This document shows, in pieces, positions 58,666 to 64,000 of a stretch of DNA of 64,000 nucleotides; the stretch's first letter is position 1; every line of letters starts with the position of its first letter. Source of the stretch: a virus; the IMG/VR virus record IMGVR_UViG_3300035703_000036, positions 40,663 to 104,662 of that record; one strand, given 5' to 3'. The notes beneath the pieces are model-generated. The model had not been told where the DNA came from. It made no database searches and saw nothing but the letters and a program-made list of their open reading frames with translations. The position numbers and the translations under genes were made by a program.

Positions 58666-58938
58666 TTAAAAAATTTTTCGGCAATTTAATTGATAAGTTA
58701 TTTCGTGACCGCTGGAATTTCTTATAGAGATATAGTCTTCAAGTGAATTCAATGTGTTAGAGTTTTTAATAAAAACACTATACTGTAAACCGTTGATTTT
58801 TCTATCCATGTAAATTGGCTGATTGGCATATCCCGAAAAAGCCATTTCTTCCATTTCATTTTTAAAAGTACAAGATATAGTTACAATTTCCGCATAACTA
58901 TTGCAGCAGATAAACAAAAAAACAAATAAAAATCTCAT
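58666..58938 (-). CDS. Small exported protein
   Basis: Signal peptide MRFLFVFLFICCNSYA; Cys pair in mature part. Confidence 0.7.
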   Translation of the reverse strand: MRFLFVFLFICCNSYAEIVTISCTFKNEMEEMAFSGYANQPIYMDRKINGLQYSVFIKNSNTLNSLEDYISIRNSSGHEITYQLNCRKIF

Positions 58939-58946
58939 AAACTCTC

Positions 58947-59288
58947 CTAAAAAGATATGCTTATATTTAAAATGCCTCTAGTTTCAGATCCGTTAAATCT
59001 ATGTAAAACATCAGGTCTAATAAATATGTTTTCATCTAAATGAAATTTTAAAGATTTTATTTTAGAGGTATCTATAGATCCAGAAGCTGCCATTTGAGCG
59101 GCAGACAGTACCATTACGGCGGATTCTTTATTTAAAGGAGATTTTCTTTCTACGTAATTTGTTATATTTTTAGAATATAATTTAGCTGTTTCAGTTTGGG
59201 TGAAAGCCTTGAAAGCTTCTCTCGAAGCTCTTATTCTATCGTCGGCATTGGCTGAAAGGGAGACTATGAATATAATTAAAAATCTCAT
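58947..59288 (-). CDS. Small exported protein with C-terminal beta-signal-like strand
   Basis: Signal peptide MRFLIIFIVSLSANA; ends GILNISISF. Confidence 0.65.
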   Translation of the reverse strand: MRFLIIFIVSLSANADDRIRASREAFKAFTQTETAKLYSKNITNYVERKSPLNKESAVMVLSAAQMAASGSIDTSKIKSLKFHLDENIFIRPDVLHRFNGSETRGILNISISF

Positions 59289-59319
59289 ACAGGGATTGTA
59301 TCATGCAAACATTAATGTG

Positions 59320-59955
59320 TCAAGAATTTCCGTCATCTTCCTCTTCATCTTTGATTGCCGCTAATTTTTTCAATACGTTACCTACAGTGCTATCATTAAT
59401 TTCAATAGTATTTTCACCTGTTTTTTTGACTTCAACGTTCGAGCCTACATTTACATTGATTGTGGGTTTATTTGGAGTTTCGATAGATTGATTAGGATTA
59501 GCTAAAGTATGGAAAGTCTTAATTGACTGATAGTACTGAGTTAATAGTTTTGTATCCAATCCTTCAATTAAACTATTATCTTTTGATGATAAATACTTTG
59601 TAAACTTATCTTCATAGTATTTATTTAATCCCATCATAATTGAGGATAGGGTATTCATAGAACTTATCTTTACTTGGCTCATTTTTTTTGTCATATTTAA
59701 AGCTAAGTCTTCGTAATACTTCATTCTTTTTTCGTGCCATTTCATCTTATTGCTTACATAAAGAATAAGATCTTTTTTGTCGGAAGTAATTTCAGCTATT
59801 TCGTTATAGCTTTTGCCTGACATATAAAGCTCAAACCATTTGAAGACTTTATTATCATCAATTTTAGTTAGACCAGGGCATCCATTTTCTTTAAAACTTG
59901 CCAATGATTTTTTATCGTCTTCAGTAAAATCTTCGCTATATTCTATCAGATTCAT
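59320..59955 (-). CDS. HTH DNA-binding protein, possibly terminase small subunit
   Basis: FELYMSGKSYNEIAEIT..W..KR followed by helical domain and INVNV tail. Confidence 0.5.
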   Translation of the reverse strand: MNLIEYSEDFTEDDKKSLASFKENGCPGLTKIDDNKVFKWFELYMSGKSYNEIAEITSDKKDLILYVSNKMKWHEKRMKYYEDLALNMTKKMSQVKISSMNTLSSIMMGLNKYYEDKFTKYLSSKDNSLIEGLDTKLLTQYYQSIKTFHTLANPNQSIETPNKPTINVNVGSNVEVKKTGENTIEINDSTVGNVLKKLAAIKDEEEDDGNS

Positions 59956-60277
59956 ATAGGACTCTTTTTTTGTTTTTAATTATAATTTTTGTATCTTCAA
60001 AGAATAAAGTTTTAATCCAGCTCTCTATTCTTTTGCATTTTATATCAAATAGTTCTTTGTCATCTTTTTTTCTAGGAATTGTTATGTTCGAAATAAATTC
60101 TACTTTTCCACTTCCAATAATTCCATTTTCACCTTCAGTAAAATCATATTGGATCTCTAATTCTTTAGGATTAAATAGGCCATAAAACCATATTTTCATA
60201 TTGTTAATTTGAAAATCTGACATCTGACCCGATAGAACGAACATTTTTCTATGTTCTTCAAGTATTTTTTCGCTCAA
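59936..60277 (-). CDS. Hypothetical protein
   Basis: Coupled to sbcD, GGAG SD. Confidence 0.65.
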   Translation of the reverse strand: MSEKILEEHRKMFVLSGQMSDFQINNMKIWFYGLFNPKELEIQYDFTEGENGIIGSGKVEFISNITIPRKKDDKELFDIKCKRIESWIKTLFFEDTKIIIKNKKRVLYESDRI

Positions 60278-61245
60278 TTTAAGCTCCCTAAATATTCTTT
60301 TATTTCTTTCTTTTCAAGACCGTTGACTGTATCAAAATAAGATTCCATAAAAGAGAAGATGTCTTCTTTTGAAACTTTGTCGCTTTTATCTACTAGGCTA
60401 ATCCTATCTGTAGGTTTTGCTTTAATATTAGCTTTGCCTTTATATTTCTTTTTCATCTTAGTGATCCAAGCAGTTTTGCCGTTAAGTTCTAAGTAAATTC
60501 TACCAGTAGGAAGTTCAGCCTCTTCATCTCCTTCATTTAAGATAATTTTTGAGATAGGAGTAACAATTTTTTCTGTTGAAATAAACTTAGCTTCAGCAAT
60601 AGATCCATCCTCATTATGAGTAAATAGTTCTATGCCCTTTTTTTCATTTGCGTCCGATACGGAATCCCATTTAGGAGTCCCTATGTAGATACATTTTCCT
60701 ACTTTTTGCCTTTTATGGATATGTCCTGAAATAATACAATCCACATCTAATAATGCTGGATCTATGCCATCCGGAGCGTAAAATCCATTTTCATACTGAG
60801 AACCGGTAAAAGTTTGGTGAGCAATTAAAGTCTTACTTCCTCCAAATTTTTCATTTATATCGGTAACATATTTTGCATGATCAGAATAATACGGAGCGTA
60901 AACTATATTGTCTATTTTTCTAACTGAGTCTACTACGGTCAATCCTTCGATTGAAAACGGAAGTAAGGCGTGTAGACCTTCGGCTTCTTTAGAGCCTTGC
61001 ATATCATGGTTTCCTACAAGATATACTACTTTAAAATTTTTAACCATTTCCTGCAGCCATTTTTTCCAAAAAGCTAGTATTTCTACCCTGACAACAGCGT
61101 GGTTATGGAACCCGTCGCCCATAAACTCTATTTGCTGAGCGCCTTCGTCATACGCGGTTTTAAGTACGAAATCCATAAGCTTTTCTGATTCGCTTAAATT
61201 TCCAATTTGAATATGAGGATCGCCTACGCGAAGTATTTTTTTCAT
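60274..61245 (-). CDS. sbcD: SbcD/Mre11/gp47-like nuclease
   Basis: GDPH, GDGFH, GNHD, AHQ, SGHIH, YIGTP. Confidence 0.9.
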   Translation of the reverse strand: MKKILRVGDPHIQIGNLSESEKLMDFVLKTAYDEGAQQIEFMGDGFHNHAVVRVEILAFWKKWLQEMVKNFKVVYLVGNHDMQGSKEAEGLHALLPFSIEGLTVVDSVRKIDNIVYAPYYSDHAKYVTDINEKFGGSKTLIAHQTFTGSQYENGFYAPDGIDPALLDVDCIISGHIHKRQKVGKCIYIGTPKWDSVSDANEKKGIELFTHNEDGSIAEAKFISTEKIVTPISKIILNEGDEEAELPTGRIYLELNGKTAWITKMKKKYKGKANIKAKPTDRISLVDKSDKVSKEDIFSFMESYFDTVNGLEKKEIKEYLGSLN

Positions 61246-61532
61246 TTAACAAAACTCACAAATTCTGGCTCTACTATAATAAACTTTTTCTCAATACCTT
61301 CAGCGTCATAAGTTTTTTTAGCCCAAGGAGCTGAATGAAGAACTTCTTCCGGAATAAAGACCTTCTGTCCGGTAACAAGCTTAAAATCTTTGCCATCATA
61401 ATCCATAAGAACTTTAAGTCCAATTAGTGTTGATTTTTGTTTGATTGAAGCAAACCCTCTAGATTCGCTAGACTCAATTTTCATTTTCCCTTCGTAAGGC
61501 TCGCAAACAATACAGCGGTTTAATGATTTCAT
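61242..61532 (-). CDS. groES: GroES-like co-chaperonin
   Basis: MKSLNRCIVCEP..ESRGF..GLKV..GQKVFI..IIVEPEFV; 96 aa. Confidence 0.6.
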   Translation of the reverse strand: MKSLNRCIVCEPYEGKMKIESSESRGFASIKQKSTLIGLKVLMDYDGKDFKLVTGQKVFIPEEVLHSAPWAKKTYDAEGIEKKFIIVEPEFVSFVK

Positions 61533-62569
61533 AAATCTACTCCTTTTAATCTTATCACTTTTCTTTCAATTACTTTTAATTTTTGAGCGGCATAATATAT
61601 CTTGTTAGATATATCAGTCTTAATAATATTATCTTCAACATTTGAGGAATAATCTTCTGTTTTGTCATAAACCCCAAATCCTTCTTCATCGTTTGACGAC
61701 TCCACACTGACATATCCTGAGCCGTTCATAAGATGAGTTAAATAAGATTCGGTGATAGGTAGCTTAGGTATTTTTTTTCCTTCTTTAGCATCTACTTTAA
61801 ATGACTCGTTTACTGCCTTTGTAAGATCTTTAATATCTTCGATCCCTTGTCTAAACTTGATTGAATTAGCTCGGTATAGGATCTTTCTGTCAGAAGGGTA
61901 CATTTTAAGAAAGCTTTTGGAATATTCCTCGATCATATTTCCAACCATACGGCCAATACAAACAGATCGCCAAACTTTTCTATATTCCCCAGCATATTTA
62001 TCTACACCGCTACTTAAGCCATAAATACAAATATCAATTAAATCAATTAAGGATAAATGAGATGCGGGAGTTTTTCTGTAAAAAATTTTCGCTCGATTTA
62101 TTGCTAGGGGGATATTATTTTCAATTAGGACATTTCTGGCTTTAATAAAATTATCATAAGTTTCCTGTAGAACTGGAGGAAAATTGTCTCCCCAATTGTC
62201 TACAATAAAACTAATAAATTGATAGTTTATATTGTAAGTCATTAATTTTTCTACATTTTTTTCTTTTATAGTAGGAGTAATCTGCTTGTTAAATACGGAA
62301 GATTTCTCTCTAAAATACGGCCTAGCACTTAGCATATTACCTTTATCTTGAGAGACCATTTCGATAAATCTGTAATAGATATCTTTAGATCTAGAGTATT
62401 TACAGGCTAGTCTTTTAAATCTTTTTTCTAAAGCAAACAGTTTTTCGACCTGTTCTTTTTGTTTGTCAGGGTGAGTTAATTTATTTTTCTTATTATTTTC
62501 TAATACAAAATTAACTTTTTCTGCCAGCTTCTGAAATTCTCTATCTGATTTTATTAAATTTTTTCCCAT
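61529..62569 (-). CDS. Sigma70-family RNA polymerase sigma factor lacking region 4.2
   Basis: ARNVLIENNIPLAINRAK..LSLIDLI..GLSSGVDKY (region 2), region-3-like YVSVE, ends KLKVIERKVIRLKGVDL*; ATG 62569. Confidence 0.85.
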   Translation of the reverse strand: MGKNLIKSDREFQKLAEKVNFVLENNKKNKLTHPDKQKEQVEKLFALEKRFKRLACKYSRSKDIYYRFIEMVSQDKGNMLSARPYFREKSSVFNKQITPTIKEKNVEKLMTYNINYQFISFIVDNWGDNFPPVLQETYDNFIKARNVLIENNIPLAINRAKIFYRKTPASHLSLIDLIDICIYGLSSGVDKYAGEYRKVWRSVCIGRMVGNMIEEYSKSFLKMYPSDRKILYRANSIKFRQGIEDIKDLTKAVNESFKVDAKEGKKIPKLPITESYLTHLMNGSGYVSVESSNDEEGFGVYDKTEDYSSNVEDNIIKTDISNKIYYAAQKLKVIERKVIRLKGVDL

Positions 62570-62576
62570 ATTATAA

Positions 62577-64000
62577 TTATACCACAATTATAGGGCCGCC
62601 AGATTCTCGGTAAAACCCTATTCTTTTCTTTAGCATAGACAATAAAATATGTTGGGAGCTTACGTCAAAATCGTATATTGTAGAATAAGGTTTAGGATTG
62701 TGAAAATCCTTAAATCGACTGATCTCTAATTTTCTGGTGGATCTACCCATAGCCCCTTGTTTAGTCATAATCTCACTAGAACCTCCACACCAATTAATGA
62801 CATGATGAGTAGGGTATAAATTGGTTCCGGTAGCTATTGCCTTTGTTCCTATTAATACTTTTATTTCACCCTTATTAAATCTAGCCACTTCTTCCGTTGT
62901 ATCAACTTGTTTAAGGCCGTATTCAGCGGCTTCTTTTTTAGATGCGGAATGTACGTAAGAAAAAGGTACATTTAAAAGATTGGACAACATTTGAATTTGA
63001 ACTAATTCCTCAACTAGTATTAGAGTTGATTCTTGTTTTACATTCCACGCTGAATTAGCTATTTTTGAGGCATATTGAGCTATATTGTTATTATAAAGAA
63101 AATGCTCTCTTTTACATTCTAGAGGATCTTTTGTATACAGGGTTGATGGAGAAAAGGTTTTAATTATTTTAAAATGAAGCGGACAAAGATAGTTTTTATT
63201 AATAGCGTCTTTAATTTCCATCTCAAGCACGACTTTACCTATAATTGACTGGAGCAGAGTTTCCGTTCCGTCTCCTCTCGTCTGAGTTGCTGAAACAAAA
63301 AATCTATAGGGAATTTCAGATAAGACTCCATGACACACAGTTTCTAACTGTTCGGCTCCAAAAGTGTGAGATTCATCAACAAGTAGGAGTTGTTTATTTT
63401 TAAAAAAATCCTCTTCTTTAGATCCGGCCTTGATCATAGCGAGGCTTTTACCTATTGCAATAGTCACGGATTTGTTGATTTCTTTTTTTCCATTTCCAAA
63501 TCTTCCTACGTATTTTGATCCTAAAGCTTCGGTAAAATCCTTATAAAGCTCTTGAAATATAGATTCGCTAGGTGTGACCACAACAGTTCTTAATCCCATA
63601 TCTCTAGTTGTTTTTAATAATATATAGGATTTTCCACATCCAGTAGGAAGACTGACGGCGCCATGTTTTTCTTTTATAAGCTTTTCTTCGGCTTCTATTT
63701 GATAAGGATATGGCTCAAAAAGAGGTTTTTTAGCCCAAGGATAGGGCTTGGGGGTGGGATAGACAATATCGTTAGAGACGATCTCCGCGTTGTCCACATA
63801 AGGCAAAAGACCTGGTTTAATTTCAAAAGCTTTTACTTCCGAATTGTACGTGACTAAATTTCCATTAAGTTTCGACTCTAAGTCTTTAACTGAATTTTCC
63901 CACGCTAAAGGATTTTTCTTTTTAAACCATTTGTTATTTTTAAGTTTATCTAGCCCATATTTAATTGAAGTTCTTTGAAATTCAAACTTTTTAAGTAAGA
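62577..64000 (-). CDS. uvsW: SF2 DNA helicase (UvsW-like); 5' end outside window
   Basis: PYPYQ, LPTGCGKS, VDESH, SAT, TGTNL, QGAMGRSTR; frame stays open from 63806 to the window edge. Confidence 0.88.
   Translation of the reverse strand, partial: LLKKFEFQRTSIKYGLDKLKNNKWFKKKNPLAWENSVKDLESKLNGNLVTYNSEVKAFEIKPGLLPYVDNAEIVSNDIVYPTPKPYPWAKKPLFEPYPYQIEAEEKLIKEKHGAVSLPTGCGKSYILLKTTRDMGLRTVVVTPSESIFQELYKDFTEALGSKYVGRFGNGKKEINKSVTIAIGKSLAMIKAGSKEEDFFKNKQLLLVDESHTFGAEQLETVCHGVLSEIPYRFFVSATQTRGDGTETLLQSIIGKVVLEMEIKDAINKNYLCPLHFKIIKTFSPSTLYTKDPLECKREHFLYNNNIAQYASKIANSAWNVKQESTLILVEELVQIQMLSNLLNVPFSYVHSASKKEAAEYGLKQVDTTEEVARFNKGEIKVLIGTKAIATGTNLYPTHHVINWCGGSSEIMTKQGAMGRSTRKLEISRFKDFHNPKPYSTIYDFDVSSQHILLSMLKKRIGFYRESGGPIIVV

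Noticed and set aside
1-64000. Stop-codon reassignment
   Set aside because: Genes are full length and tightly packed under the standard code, with TAA, TAG and TGA all ending genes

Overview
This is 64 kb of an AT-rich, densely coding large myovirus-like phage genome, read with the standard code; I saw no RNA genes or CRISPR arrays. The left part (~0.2-28.7 kb, mostly + strand) is virion morphogenesis: a baseplate tube-initiator/LysM/gp25 fusion, a 2104-aa baseplate J-like protein, a wedge protein, a tube-like protein, many fibre/receptor-binding proteins and a holin-like gene, interrupted by a small minus-strand island. The right part (~28.7-64 kb, minus strand) is early/middle and replication genes: PLP aminotransferase, intein-containing ClpP, AEP primase, DnaB-like helicase, DUF932, RecA, UvsY-like, SSB, subtilase, DnaE, DnaQ-like exonuclease, phosphoesterase, NrdAB, HNH, SbcCD, exported ClpP-like protease, GroES, sigma factor and SF2 helicase. 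The most interesting signal is a candidate modular or split sigma transcription system. It comprises a sigma70-family gene ending before region 4.2, a separate stand-alone sigma4-like HTH with an acidic recognition helix, a second divergent sigma2-like protein and a Gre/FKBP-like protein. Three promoter classes accompany it: consensus -35/-10, TGGTATAAT extended -10, and an AATCTTTA motif upstream of virion operons. Also notable are a ClpP intein carrying a PD-(D/E)XK-type nuclease, a set of exported proteases and lipoproteins, an operator-like repeat array, and a mobile domain shared between virion proteins. All family calls come from motif recognition by eye, not database searches. The host is unknown; lipoproteins, signal peptides and a possible beta-signal suggest a diderm.
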